Source: Mobula hypostoma
Taxonomy: Eukaryota
Length of the DNA stretch: 64,000 nt
NCBI RefSeq assembly: GCF_963921235.1
Contig: NC_086108.1
Span: 32,118,001-32,182,000, forward strand
Direction: 5' to 3'
The position numbers were made by a program, and so were the translations under genes. The notes under the pieces were generated by a model, which worked only from the letters and a program-made list of their open reading frames with translations, searched no databases and was not told the DNA's origin. This document shows, piece by piece, positions 49,947-62,421 of the stretch (the stretch's first letter is position 1; each line of letters begins with the position of its first letter).

Positions 49947-50574
49947 TTTTGAACCCATAAATTCTTCCATTTTCTGTCTTTAAAAAAGAACTTGATTGTG
50001 CGTTCTCTTCTGAAGACCACCTGTGCACATGCTAGCTGTTCTTTTTACTCATCAATGCTCTCGTTGCATTCTTTTGAAGTCTGAATGACTCTCTTCATTT
50101 CAAAAGGTCGGTAGCCACCTTGGGTGCATTTTAAAACTACCTCGTTGCCAATGTTATGTTTTGTAACTTCTAAACATTAAATTAATTCAAAGAAAGATAT
50201 GGAGTCTGAAATGCAGGTGTAACTACATCTTTACTTTGAGCAAGGCATGCATGTATCACATGGTATCGTGATGACGTTATGTATTTTTATATATAACCCA
50301 TAATTAAACAAACAATACAGTCAAAAAATATATACGATACTCAAATATTATTGAAATATCAAATACACAACATATACCCACTCTAAAAACACAATCTCTT
50401 CTCATTCAGAATGAGAAAAACAAACAGTATTTGAATTTATTTCATTTTTTTCCACACAAATCATAAAACTATTTACACAAAGCAAGCTTGATGTAGGCAA
50501 TTGTGACAAATTCATCCTCAGAATTTCGACACAAAACAATAAATTCTGCTACTGGCTCAACATGTTACTAACTG

Positions 50575-51285
50575 CAGAATCAGAATCAGGTTTATTATCA
50601 CTGGCATGTGTTATGAAATTTGTTAACTTAGCAGCAGCAGTTCAATGCAATACATAATATAAAAGAAAAAACAAAAATAAATAAGTAAATCAATCACAGT
50701 ATATGTATATTGAATAAATTAAAAATCACACAAAAGCAGAAATTATATATATTTAAGAAGTAAGGTAGTATTTATGAGTTCAATCTTCATTTAGGAATCA
50801 GATGGCAGAGGAGAAGAAGCTGTTCCTGAATTGCTGAGTGTGTGCCTTCAGGGTTCTGTACCTCCTACCAGATGGTAACAGTGAGAAAAGGGCATGCCCT
50901 GGATGCTGGGGTCCTTAATAATGGATGCTGCCTTTCTGAGACACCGCTCCTTGAAGATGTCCTGGGTACTTTGTAGGCTAGTACCCAAGCTGGAGCCAAC
51001 TAAATTTACGACCCTCTGCAGCTGCTTTTTTTTTTCCCTCAGTCCTGTGCAGTAGCGCCCCCCCCCCAATACCAGACAGTGATGCAGCCTATCAGAATGC
51101 TGTCCATAGTACATCTATAGAAGCTTTTGAATGTTTTTGTTGGCATACCAAGTCTCTTCAAACGCCTAACGAAGTAAAGTCGCTGTCTTGCCTTCTTTAT
51201 AGCTACATCAATATGTTGGGACCAGGTTAGATTCTCAGAAATCTTGACACCCAGGAACTTGAAACTGCTCACTCTCTCCTCTTAT
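50575..51285 (-). mobile_element. Rex/Babar-L2-type LINE 3' fragment
   Basis: SSFKFLGVKISENLTWSQHI...KKARQRLYFVRRLKR; (GAATCA)n tail on the plus strand. Confidence 0.8.
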
Positions 51286-51626
51286 ACTCACCATATATAA
51301 GTAAATGCAAAGATGTAAAATTTAACTGAATGCTTCAATGCAAATAACGCACATGACATTATGATGACACAAGGCATAGGGGGAAAATCTAAAAACTGTG
51401 AAGCAAAGTAAGTTGAATGCAAAGCTATGTCACTTGGAAATATACTATTAATTATACATTATTTTGCACTTTAAGAAAAAGCATTTATTTTCAGAGGAAG
51501 TGCAAATAAAGGGCATCTGCCAAGTTCCTTGCACACTCTTAATTTAAATTACTGCACTAATGAGAATAATTATTTCAATGAATGTTATTATTTTTATCAC
51601 TGCCAACAAGTAAAAGTATTATTTAC

Positions 51627-51765
51627 CTTATGGCTGCACTGTCTAATTGTATGTATTAATTCTTGGATAACCAAATCAACGCACTTCAGGCAAGGTTCCT
51701 TGAATTTCACAATCTGTTTCTTCACAACAGCTTCAAAGGCCATATCAGGGGTAAACAAACCTGGT
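51627..51765 (-). CDS. DNM3: Dynamin exon 10 equivalent ([46 protein letters not shown])
   Basis: Lies within ORF 51597..51815; [10 protein letters not shown]...EPCLKCVD stalk motif; 139 bp; AG and GTAAAT boundaries. Confidence 0.95.
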
Positions 51766-52169
51766 CTGAGGACATTAAAGGCAAGACAAAACATCATTCT
51801 TGATACTGACTGCACTCAGAAAGTCTTTGTACATGTATCACTTAACACATGCACAGCAACTTCCAGCATTTTTCACACAAATATATTTTGCATGCAAAAG
51901 TGGAATTTCTTTTTACATTGTTTTATAAAGAAGAAAACCGAACATTCAAACAGGCAAACTCAGATAAAATTAGATTAAAACATAAAATGTAATGGCATCA
52001 AACTGAATAATTTATTTTTACTGAAAGTATTCATATACTTTCCTAACTGTAAGCAAACAATCCACCCATCACACAGAGAATACCTCTGTTTTTACTGCAA
52101 ATATTGTCGCATTTGGGAAAAAATGGAGCAAGATTAATTACCACTGAGAATAAGTCTGCAGATTTCCCT

Positions 52170-54220
52170 CCTGGCATTTATCTTTGTGTCACCCCATCCT
52201 CCCACCACCCCACCAGAGATAGGGTTCCTCATGTCCTCACCCACCACCCTGCCAGTCTCCACGGCCAGCACATAATTCTCTGTAACTCAAACCATCTCCA
52301 GCGGAATCCCACCACCAAGCACATCTCTCCCTCCTCCCACTTTCTGCTTTCTACAGGGATCGCTCCCTATGGAACTCCCTTGTCCATTCATCCCTCCCCA
52401 CTGATCTTCCTCCTGGCACTTATTCTTGCAAGCAGAACAAGTGCTACATCTGCCCCTACACCTCCTCCCTCACTAACATTCAGGACCCCAACGGTCCTTC
52501 CAAGTGAGGCGACGCTTCACCTACGAGTCCGTTGGGGCCATCTACTGTGTCTGGTGCTCCCAGTGTGGCCTCCTGTATATTGGCAAGTCCTGATGCAGAT
52601 TCGGAGACCACTTCGCCCAGCACCTACTTTCTGTCCACCAGAAAAAGCAGGATCTTCCAGTGGCCACCCATTTTAATTCCACTTCGCATTCCGATATGCC
52701 AGTCTATGGCCTCCTCTTCTGTCGCAATGAGCCCACACTCAGGTTGGAGGAGCAACATTTTATATTTTGTCTGGGTAACCTCCAACCTGATGGCATGAAT
52801 ATCGATTTCTTGAACTTCCAGTAATGACCCCCACCTCTTCTTCACCATTATCATTTTCCTCCTTCACCTTACCTGCCTATTACCTCCCTCTGGTGCTCCT
52901 AACTTTTTTCTTTCTTCCATGGCCTCCTGTCCTCTCCTATCAGATTTCCCCTCCTCCAGCCCTGTATCTCTTTCGCCAACTTCCCAGCTTTTTACTTCAC
53001 TTCATTGAGGGAGAGACTGTTGCTAATGGTCAACCCCAAGTATGTGAACTCATGGACCACTTCTAGATTGTAATTGTCGATGGTAATGACTGGTGTCTCC
53101 ACTACGTTCTGGGCAAGGACATTTGTTTTCTTTAGGCTGATGGTATGCCTGGAGTTCTTGCATGCCTTAGAGAAGCTGTCCATGAGAGCTTGTAGTTGCT
53201 GTTTGGTGTGTGAGATTATAGCAGCGTCATCGGCAAAGAGCAAAGAGCATGTCACGTATTAGTGACACTCTCTCCCTCGACGCTGAAATCAATAGGCATA
53301 TCGGCAAAGCAGCATCGATCCTTGCTCAACTCTCCTCGCGGGTCTGGGAGAATCCGAACCTCGCTACAAAGACCAAGACTGCCATGTACAAAGCATGCGT
53401 TATCAGCACCCTTCTGTATGGTAGCGAGACTTGGACCATCCACTCCAAACAGGAGAGGAAACTCAATAGTTTTCACCTACACAGCCTTCGCCACATCCTC
53501 GGCATCACCAGGAGAGACAAAGACCCAAACTCTGAGGGTCCTCTCCCGCACTGGACTTCCCACAATGTTCACGTTTTTAAGACAACACAGACACGCTGGC
53601 TGGGCTACATCCGTCGTATGAAGGATGGTAGACTGCCAAAGGACATCCTCTATGGAGAACTAGCAACAGGCAAGAAGAACGTTGGTAGACCCCAGCTTCG
53701 CTTCAAGGAGCTCTGCAAGCGTGACATGAAAGCCTTAAAAATCAACACAGAGTGCTGGGAGGATACAGCAGATGACTGTAACAAAATGGTGAGGTACTCT
53801 TCAGCAACACCTAGAGCAAGGTGAAAGAGTGATCCTGAGTCAGTTTGAGGAGAGGAGAGCTAAACAGAGAGCACAGCCGACAGCGGACAATAATTCCACG
53901 ACGCCCTACACATGCAGAGCCTGCCGTTCCAGGATCGGCCTCAATAGCCATAGTCGATGCTACTCGACAAACCAGTGACTACCAGAGGCGCAGTTCCCAT
54001 GGTCAACCACGACCGACGGAGGCCACACACACACTTCACTTCTCCCAGTTTCATCTATGACCTTGTGGTTCTTCCTCCCCTCCCCCACTTTCTTACACTG
54101 ACTCCTCATCTTTTTTTTTCCAGTCCCGATGAAGGGTCTCGACCTGAAACATCAACTGTTCTCTTTTCCATAGATGCTGCCTGGCCTGCTGAGTTCCTCC
54201 AGCATTTTGTGTGTGTTGCT
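52170..54220 (+). mobile_element. Decayed Penelope-like element 3' part (GIY-YIG, 3' UTR, decayed hammerhead at ~54121-54158), split by an RTE insertion
   Basis: PSSHHPTRDRVPHVLTHHP homologous to the young PLE ORF; cagtc-CCGATGA-agggtctcgacct-GAAA-catc-aactg; shared tail. Confidence 0.85.
53004..54032 (+). mobile_element. RTE-clade (BovB-like) LINE 3' part with an inverted 5' segment (~53004-53250)
   Basis: Minus strand: LLFADDAA...ISLKKTNVL...FTYLG. Plus strand: IGKAAS...YKACVISTLLYGSETW...RWLGYIRRM..GRLPKDILYGEL. (CA)n tail; 10-bp TSD ACTTCACTTC (52994-53003, 54033-54042). Confidence 0.9.
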
Positions 54221-55949
54221 GCAGATTACAAATCTGTCTTTAAAGATTTCAGTATTGGCTGGCAGTGTAACAAAACTAAAGACTGTGTTTTTCTTGAGAC
54301 TCAAGAGACTGTAGATTCTGGAAAATGGAGCGACACACAAAATACTAGCGGAACTTCATGCATTTTCCATTCAGGGAAATGGATAGTTGTCTTTTTGGGT
54401 CAAGACCCTTCAGTCCAGATGCAAAGTCTTGATCTGAAACATTGACTGCCCAATTCCCTCCAAAGATTCTGCCTGTGCCACTGATTTCCTCCATTTTGTG
54501 TTTGCCTAGATACATAATATAAATTTACACAATTTAATTCAAATATACACATGAAACCTACTGCAGTAGATAAAAGTGTACTTTCCAGTCTAAAGTTCCA
54601 GGATTAAAATTATGCATTGTAAACTATTATGCAAACCTGGAAAGTAATTCATGTAGTAATCTTAAAAGCAAAAATGATTATACGTTAAAATATCCTGTAT
54701 GCAGTTAAGCCAGTAAATTAACCTGGATGTCTTTCTGCAAACACAGATTTCTCCCACAACATAAATACAGCCAACTAATCAGTGGTTACTGTAGGAACAC
54801 TTGGTTTGAGGACTTAGCTTTTTACCAAATTACTTTGATCACAAGCAAACAAAGCATTGCATGAATGGACCAAGGCCTGATTTACTGCCCTTTCAGCTGA
54901 AATTACAGCAGAACTACCAAAAAATGTCATAATTATAAATGAAACTGCCAGAAACACATGTATGCATATTTAAACACAAACATTTATGTTGTTGTTTGGA
55001 ATTCCTTTCTTCTCCAAAGACTACATAATTTTGCAAGACACTCCAGAGTTTTCAAGGAAAATTAGGGCCAGAAATAATACATGCATGAATTATTCTTGCT
55101 GTAAAATATCTTGAAAACACTGCACTTAATTTGATAGTGAGTTATTATAGTGTTTTGAAAGATAATTATTGATAAGCAAACTCTGTTGTAGAACAAATAG
55201 TTTAATGGATATGGATGCAATTCTCAGAATAATATTTCATACTGTATTTAAATATACAGTATGTACTGTTCATTTATGTTAATGTTAATTTGTTTATTAA
55301 CATTTTATATTATGGCTTCTACCCTGATCTTATACACAACTACCAATCTGCAATTCATGCTCTATCGAATGTTTAGCTTATATTCAAAAATTTGCCAATT
55401 CACTTCTGTTATTTTCAATCTGTTTGGCAGCTCAGTTTGCTTGATCTCAGATACTGGGCACCAGGAATTCCTAGAAATGCCTCTAACAGCAATGGGTATC
55501 AACAAAGGAGATTCCTATCATCAGGATCACTTAATCTTTCTGGCAGCCCACTTCAAAGTCAACATCAAGTGTCCCCCCCCCCCCACCCAATGTTGATTAC
55601 AAAGTTCAGGCTGACCAATTATTCTTTTTGTTTACTACAAGTTTCTACTGCTGGCTATTTCATAACAGTTTTAGGCAGTCAGTAAACCGAAGTTCAAAAA
55701 CAAAGATCACATTCCCTTTGTAAAACTCAACTGAATCCTTAATTAGAATAAGTGTATTAACTGTTTAATTAAACTGACATGCAGACATAGGAACAGAAAT
55801 ATTTCGTGTTATTCAGAAAATTTGAAATAGATCTCAATTTCAAATTTGTGCTATAATACCTTACATATAACTGACAAAAGAACGTATACAAAGATAAGAG
55901 AAATGGTTCATTTTGGTAAGATAACTGTAAAAACCATGGAAAATAAGTA

Positions 55950-56700
55950 GAGTCAGAATCAGGTTTAAGATCACCAGTATATGCCGTAAAATTTGTTGTT
56001 TTCATGGTAACAGTACAATGCAATACATAATAATAAAACTGAAATAAATTAAAAATAAAAATATATATAATCATTAAATTAAACAAGTAGTGTGAAAAAA
56101 GTAATGAGGTAGTGTTCATGGGTTCAACGTCCATTCAAAAGTCTAATGGCAGAGGGGAAGAAGCTGCTCCTGAATCGCTGAGAGTGTGCCTTCAGGCTCC
56201 CGTACCTTCTTCACGATGACACAATGAGTAGGGGGCATGTCCTGGGTGATGGGGGTCCTTAACGATGGGTGCTACCCTTTTGAGACATTGCTGCTTAAAG
56301 ACATCCTGCATGCATGCCCATGATGGAGCTGAGTTCACATTTTTCTGCAGCTTTTTTCAATCCTGTTCATCAGTCAGCCCCCAAAGACCCCCCCCCCCAC
56401 ATAGTGATGCAGCCAGTTAGAATGCTCTCCACAGTACATCTGTAGAAAACTGCAAGTGTCTTTGGTGACCTACCAAATCTCCTCAAACTTCTAATGAAAA
56501 ATATCCGCTGTTGTGCCCTCTTTGTAACTATATTGATATGTTTGGTCTAGAATAGATCCTCAAAGATATTGATACCCAGCAACTTGAAACTGCTCACCCC
56601 TTCCACCTCTGATCCTCCTATAAGTACTGGTGTGTGTTCCCTCATCTTACCCTTTCTGAAGTCCACAATCAGTCTTACTGACACTGAGTGCAACACCACT
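55950..56700 (-). mobile_element. Rex/Babar-L2-type LINE 3' fragment
   Basis: Homologous to 50575-51285 (gagtcagaatcaggttta..., cccagcaacttgaaactgctc). Confidence 0.75.
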
Positions 56701-56856
56701 CAACCGGCTAATAAGTATCAAAAAGAAGGCGAGCTGAATCTTGAGGGACAAATATACAAAAAGTAGCAATGTGCTTGAATAGGACCAACAAGCAATCAAG
56801 ACCAAGGGTTTCTTTCATCTAGACATAGGACTGAAAAGAAAAGCAAGCATGCCTAA

Positions 56857-57026
56857 TCACATACAAGAGAAAATCTACAGATGCTGGAAATCCAAGCAAC
56901 ACAGACAAAACACTGCAGAAACTCAGCAGGCCAGGCAGCATCTACGGAAAAAGAGTATATTCAACATTTTGGGCTGAAACCCCTCATCAGTCTTGGCCTG
57001 AGTTTCTCCAGTATTTTGTATGTGTT
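56857..57026 (-). mobile_element. Short Penelope-derived element with decayed hammerhead and a short inverted arm
   Basis: Shared tail; CTGATGA at ~56984-56990 (minus); 14-bp TSD GCAAGCATGCCTAA (56843-56856, 57027-57040). Confidence 0.8.
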
Positions 57027-57577
57027 GCAAGCATGCCTAACACGCTGAACAATGCTTAGATCCCACTTGGAGGACCATGAACAAATCTGATCACGCCATC
57101 AGAAAAAAAAGAATGAGGAATAGAGAATAAGCTAAAAAGAATTACTGGAGGGATATAAAAACTCCAAGCTTACACCTATCAAGAAAAATTAAGAGGATCT
57201 CACTTATGAGGGAAAAAAAACTTAGAATTAACCTGATAGAGATTTTAAGATTATGTAAGGGTTCAATAGGGACAGCGTAATTATGTACATTAACAATGTA
57301 AAATAATAGCACACAATATAACAAAGTATTTGATAAATATTATCTGGCTCTTATATCCCAATGATATTTTTTTTTAATTTTGAAGGGAAACAAATAGAGA
57401 TAGTTAATTTATTGCACTAATACTGCATAATTGTTTTTTCTATTTTACAGACTCAAAGTATTATTTAGAAAACAACAGTAACCATCCAAAAGACATCTCT
57501 GTTGTAAGTATCAACTTTCACTTGCTTCTGTATTACAAGTTAAATTGAAAGATCAAGATCACTCTTTAAAAACTTGC

Positions 57578-57645
57578 CTGATACCATGGATATTCTTAAT
57601 AGCAAAACTAATTTCTCGTCGTAGATCCTTATCGTCAAAATCCAT
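57578..57645 (-). CDS. DNM3: Dynamin exon 9 equivalent (MDFDDKDLRREISFAIKNIHGIR)
   Basis: LRREIS.AIKNIHGIR signature; 68 bp; AG acceptor; the donor reads AG|GCAAGT (GC-type). Confidence 0.94.
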
Positions 57646-59253
57646 CTACGAAAATTAAAAAAAAGAACATTTTTGTCCTCATACCAGAAGACACTGTGAC
57701 ATTAATGCATGATGGAACTACACATTTAAGAAAGCCTGATGTTGTAGCTTTTGTTTAATGATATTGCATCTGAAATATTAATCCTATACACTTGTTCCAT
57801 CTTTATTTAATTTTCTATTTTTTTTTAAAAAAAGGCTAGTTAAAGATTGTACTTTCCCAAATTAGTTTGCTGTATTCTTTCATGTGTGCATATCCTTGAA
57901 TATGATTAGGCTGCTCAACCTATTTGATGGCATCACCGATTGCTGGATGGCCAACACATATTGCCCACTTTAACCATTTGAAACAAACACTCTTTCAAGC
58001 TTTTGAAAGCAGAACTTCTGCTGATCTTGTTCTTTAACTGATCATGCAAAATTATAATTATAAAAAGGTTAATTTCCTCAGCAATTGTCAGGTCTTAGAA
58101 CAGTCCTGATATAAAGCAGAAAATGTTGGAAATGCTCAGCAGGTCAGAGTATCTGTAGTGACAATTCATCAGAACTTGGATATAATATAAACATATTTTA
58201 AGATGCAGAATAGATGGTAACAGTGGCATGCTGGCAAAGTGAAAACAAATTTGTGAAAGGGTAGAAAGTATGAGAGATTAAATAACAAAAAAGGGTGATA
58301 AAAGGTGAAATATGCCCTTCATTAACCTTGTACTTTACCCTCTGTCACTTAACATTTCCATTTCTCCATCCTTTCTACTTTTTAATCCACATTGTGAGAA
58401 GAGCTAAACATAAAGAGATTCTGCAGATGCTGGCAATTTGCAACAGTAAACTTTGTTTCAGATCAGATATTATACAACCTGCTGTGCATTTTCAGTTTTT
58501 GTTTATTACAGCAGGAAATTTGTTTAAAGCATCCAATTTAATTAATTCACACAACAATCTTAATTTATTGATCTATAGAACCTATGTTTTAGAATTATGC
58601 CGATAGAGAAGCACAACATAACTGATTTGAGCTTCTTGAGCCTTTGAGCTGCGAATGACTATTGCGGTTATAAGCAAATATTGTTTATTGTGCTCTTTTT
58701 AACAGTAAAATCATTTAAAATATTGATAAGGCACACTTTCATTAAGAACTCTATTATCCCATACTTGGGTTTCTTGTGGTCTATTCCTACTAGTACAAGA
58801 TGAATAATTTCTGCAATACAAATATTTGCTAACGATTTCAAGTTTGTAATCAAATATATTTTAAATGCATTTGTTCCAGTTAACATTCCACTCTTCACAA
58901 CATGTTTACAATTTATCAAATTTTTGAGAACATTTCTTTGTATGGAGGGATTTCTGGGGTCTGGAATAGCCGAAGTAGAGAATATTAGTTCTGTCAAAGA
59001 ATAATTAGTAAGTACTGATGCTTTCACACAGTGTACTGTTGTGAGATAGTTTTTTTTTTACTTCTAGCTAACAGCCAGCAGAGACTTTAATATCTGTATT
59101 CAATGCTGTATATCTGTACAGTTCTAAGAGGTTTGGAAGATTTCAATATTATGGGGCTGAAGGACCAAAACCCCACTGATTACTTAAATGATTTACATTT
59201 CAGATAATTTTGGTGAATAAAATAAATAGAATGAGATTTTTCAAAACTTATAC

Positions 59254-59389
59254 CTTCACCAGTTCAAACGGAAATCGCTCATGGAATATTTTGTTGATTC
59301 TTGCACCGCCTGATAATTCTGCAGTATCCACATGATTGCCTGATCCTTCAATTTTCTTGTCAAAATCCACAGAGAACTGCTTTAACATC
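59254..59389 (-). CDS. DNM3: Dynamin exon 8 equivalent ([45 protein letters not shown])
   Basis: [21 protein letters not shown] signature; AG/GT boundaries; 136 bp; phase compatible with neighbouring exons. Confidence 0.95.
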
Positions 59390-59998
59390 CTGGTTGCAAA
59401 ACAGGGAGAAAACGATTACCAATGAGTTTATGACATGCCCCATCATTTTCTTTTATCACTCCTCCACATTACCCCAGCTAATAAAAAGAAAACATCTTGC
59501 CTATCTATGTACCAACTTAATTATACACACTTCTGTAGCCTTAAGACAATAATAAAACTTCTGAGAAAGCATTCAAAACAGGTTAGCAGTGAAAATAATT
59601 TTTACTTCGTAACAATAGACACACATTCTGGCACATTGTTCAAAAGCTGGACAACATGAATGGTTGTTAAATATTAGATTTGAAAAATTGATCCTTTACA
59701 AATTGCTTTTATTCTGTTACTGTATTTTAAAAAATCTGAATATAGAGAACTTGATTTTACTACCAAGCAATCAGTTCAACCATACAACTTTCATTAGTTT
59801 TCTTTTTGTTTCACAGGCTATAATGCAGAAGGCATCAATTAAGTTTTTGACTTATTTTCTCAATTACTTTGGTATGACAACAAAATATCAAGCTCCATTT
59901 CTAAGTCTGAGGAGCTGTACTCTAAAACACACTTCCATTTCACTTTCAAATCAAATTCAACACAATGACTTTTCTGAATCTCCAACAATTTGATTCAT

Positions 59999-60132
59999 CG
60001 CTCGTTTGTTATATGCCATGTCGTATGACATGGGCAATCATGGTTCTTCCCAGCCATTATCAATACTTTTCAGAGATTGTTTTCCTGGAGTCAGTGGGCA
60101 TAACCAGGACTTGTGATGTACACCAGCTGCTC
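59999..60132. mobile_element. Short retroposon-like insert (unclassified, probably a truncated SINE)
   Basis: Flanked by the 11-bp direct repeat ATTTGATTCAT (59988-59998, 60133-60143). Confidence 0.5.
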
Positions 60133-61139
60133 ATTTGATTCATTGGTTTCATTTAAAAAAATCCCATTATATGATTATTTGTTGAACACAATTTTTTTTT
60201 AAATCAATAAAATCTAAGTATTTGTTACTTGGAATCTGACATAACACCACTGATTCAAAGCTATGCTGTCAATTAACTCCCATGAGTCACGCTTGGTGTA
60301 AAGCTCACCGGGCAAGTATTATATGGTCATTGAGGTTGCTGCATGTTGAAGCAGCAGCAGCAATAATATTGATGCCAACAGAAGTATGGAGAAGAAAAAC
60401 AAAGGCTTATCCACAGGAGACTTAAGCCTGGGGCATCAAGAAGAATGTGAAGGTTGACAATTGAGAAGCATCTAAGCATGTGTGTGTGAGTTATGCGCAT
60501 GCTCGTATAAAGAAACAATTTCCACTGTCAAAAGGATTGGTGACCAAAGGACACAGATTAAAGGGGGGAGAAAAAATCATGAAAAGAATTCTATGCAAGA
60601 CGCAAAGATTGGTCCACCAAGAACAACGGTGCATTTTTAACGGCTGTATTATTTCAGGATTAAATCCAGAAATAAATTTCCATTGAATGGCTGAAGAAAC
60701 ATGGAGTTTTTCCACCAAACTGTCTTTGAGCAGTGAACAAATGGAAATACTTAAAAATGACATTGACAAATCTCTTATGTAAGGATATCAAGGGATAATG
60801 AGCAACAGCAAGAAAATGAATTTGCTCTGATCTAAGCAGGTGGACAAATAGATTCACAGAAGTGAAGGTTTTCCTCTGCTACCCCTTCTTTGACTACATC
60901 ATGCAGTTCTTGAAGCCAACCATAAAAAAAGCCCAACCAAACCTACCACAGATTTAGACAAACCTCCCAAGAGCTTCTACACAAATATAAGCAATATTGG
61001 GACGTTATTTAATTTACATTGAAATTTGTCTACAATTGTAAATTTGTTCTTTATTATTTTCAAGAACAAATCAATCTCTCTTTTAAAATACACTGTTTTG
61101 AAAGAGTACAGATTCAACTAAGATGAAACAAATACTTTA

Positions 61140-62335
61140 GCGACGCTAGGGATTTTCCAAATGCTGGAAAACCAGAGTAATACACAAAATACTGGAGGAA
61201 ATCAGCAGGTCACGCTCAGTGCAACCATCTCTACCGCATCTATTCTCAGAATGACACTTTCTTTTCTAGAATATCTGAGATGGTTTTCCTTTCTCTACCA
61301 TTGATGCTGCCCTCAACCACATTTCCTCCATTTCCTGATCATCTGCCCTCACCCCATCTTCCCAGTGCCACAACAGGGATAAAGTTCCTCTTGTCCTTAC
61401 CTTCCACCCCTCAAGCTTCTGTACCCAGCACATCATTCTACCAACAAACACATCTTTATGTCCTCCCACTTTTGGCAGGGACCGCTCTCTCCAAAACTCC
61501 CTTGTCCATTCGTCCCTCCCCACTGATCTCCTTCCTGCCACTTACCTTTGCAAGTGGCACAAATGCAGCAACTGCCCAGTCACCTCCTCCATCACAATCA
61601 TTAAGAGATCCAAACAGTCCTTCCAAGTGAGACCACATTTCACTCGCAAGTCTGTCAGGGTCATCTAATGTATCTGATTTTCCCGGTTCAGACTCCACAA
61701 CATTGGTGAGACCCAATGTAGTAGACTGGGGGACTACTTTGTCGAGCACCTTCACTCCGTCCACAACAGACAGGATTTCCCAGTTTCATTTCCGCTCCCC
61801 AATTCCAATCCAACATCTCAGTCCATGACCTCCTCTACTGCCACGATGAGGCCACTCTCAAGTTAGAGGAGCAACACTTCATATTGCACCCAGGTAGCCT
61901 TCAAAGTGATGGTATGAATATAGATTTCTCTAACTTCTGGTAATTTCTCCCCTTGTCACCAATCTCTCTTTTTTCATTTTTCATTCTGGCTCCCCTCCTA
62001 CCCCTTTCTCTTTCCTTCAACTGCCTATCAGTCCCCCTCGGATGCCCCTCTCCTTCCCTTCCTCCCATGGTCCATTCTCATCTTATTCAGCCCTATCACC
62101 TCCATGCTTTTCACTTCTTCCTCCTCCCCCACCTTCCCCCTCACCTGACTTCACATATCACCTTCCAGCTTGTACTCCTTCCCCACCCCACCCCACCTTC
62201 TTATTCTGGCTTCCTCCCTCTTCCTTTCCAGTACTGATGAAGGGTCTCAGCCTGAAATATCAACTACTTATTTCCCTCTATGGATGCTGTTTGACCTGCT
62301 GATTTCCTACAGCATTTCATGTGTGTTACGCAAAA
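61140..62335 (+). mobile_element. Decayed Penelope-like element 3' part with inverted tail copy at its 5' end (~61140-61215) and hammerhead remnant (~62229-62266)
   Basis: GIY-YIG-region homology to the young PLE; cagta-CTGATGA-agggtctcagcct-GAAA-tatc-aacta. Confidence 0.8.
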
Positions 62336-62421
62336 TATTTGACAAAATGTATCCAGAGAAACCACTTCATTCTTCAAACAAAGCAGTTTCACAAAAAATT
62401 AAGGGTATGCAAGTAACGTAC

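Larger units (their letters stand above)
45485..50372 (-). mobile_element. Decayed Gypsy-type (Mag-like) LTR retrotransposon with nested insertions
   Basis: Diverged ~225-bp LTRs at ~45485-45715 and 50152-50372 (TGTTAT...CAACA); PBS-like TGGCAACGAG next to the 5' LTR; gag remnants (ISAYVTELKR..LNDALRDCLVCGI), zinc knuckle, protease MELDTG; near-TSD TATAT/TATAC; most of pol missing. Confidence 0.85.

Noticed and set aside
55261..60857. Numerous 60-120 aa AT-rich ORFs in the ORF track
   Set aside because: Low-complexity intronic frames or antisense shadows of exons, with no recognisable domains.
26299..62335. CRISPR-like or other prokaryotic system suggested by recurring repeats and an RT/nuclease ORF
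   Set aside because: The repeats are dispersed retroelement termini with TSDs inside spliceosomal introns, with no regular repeat-spacer array or operon structure.
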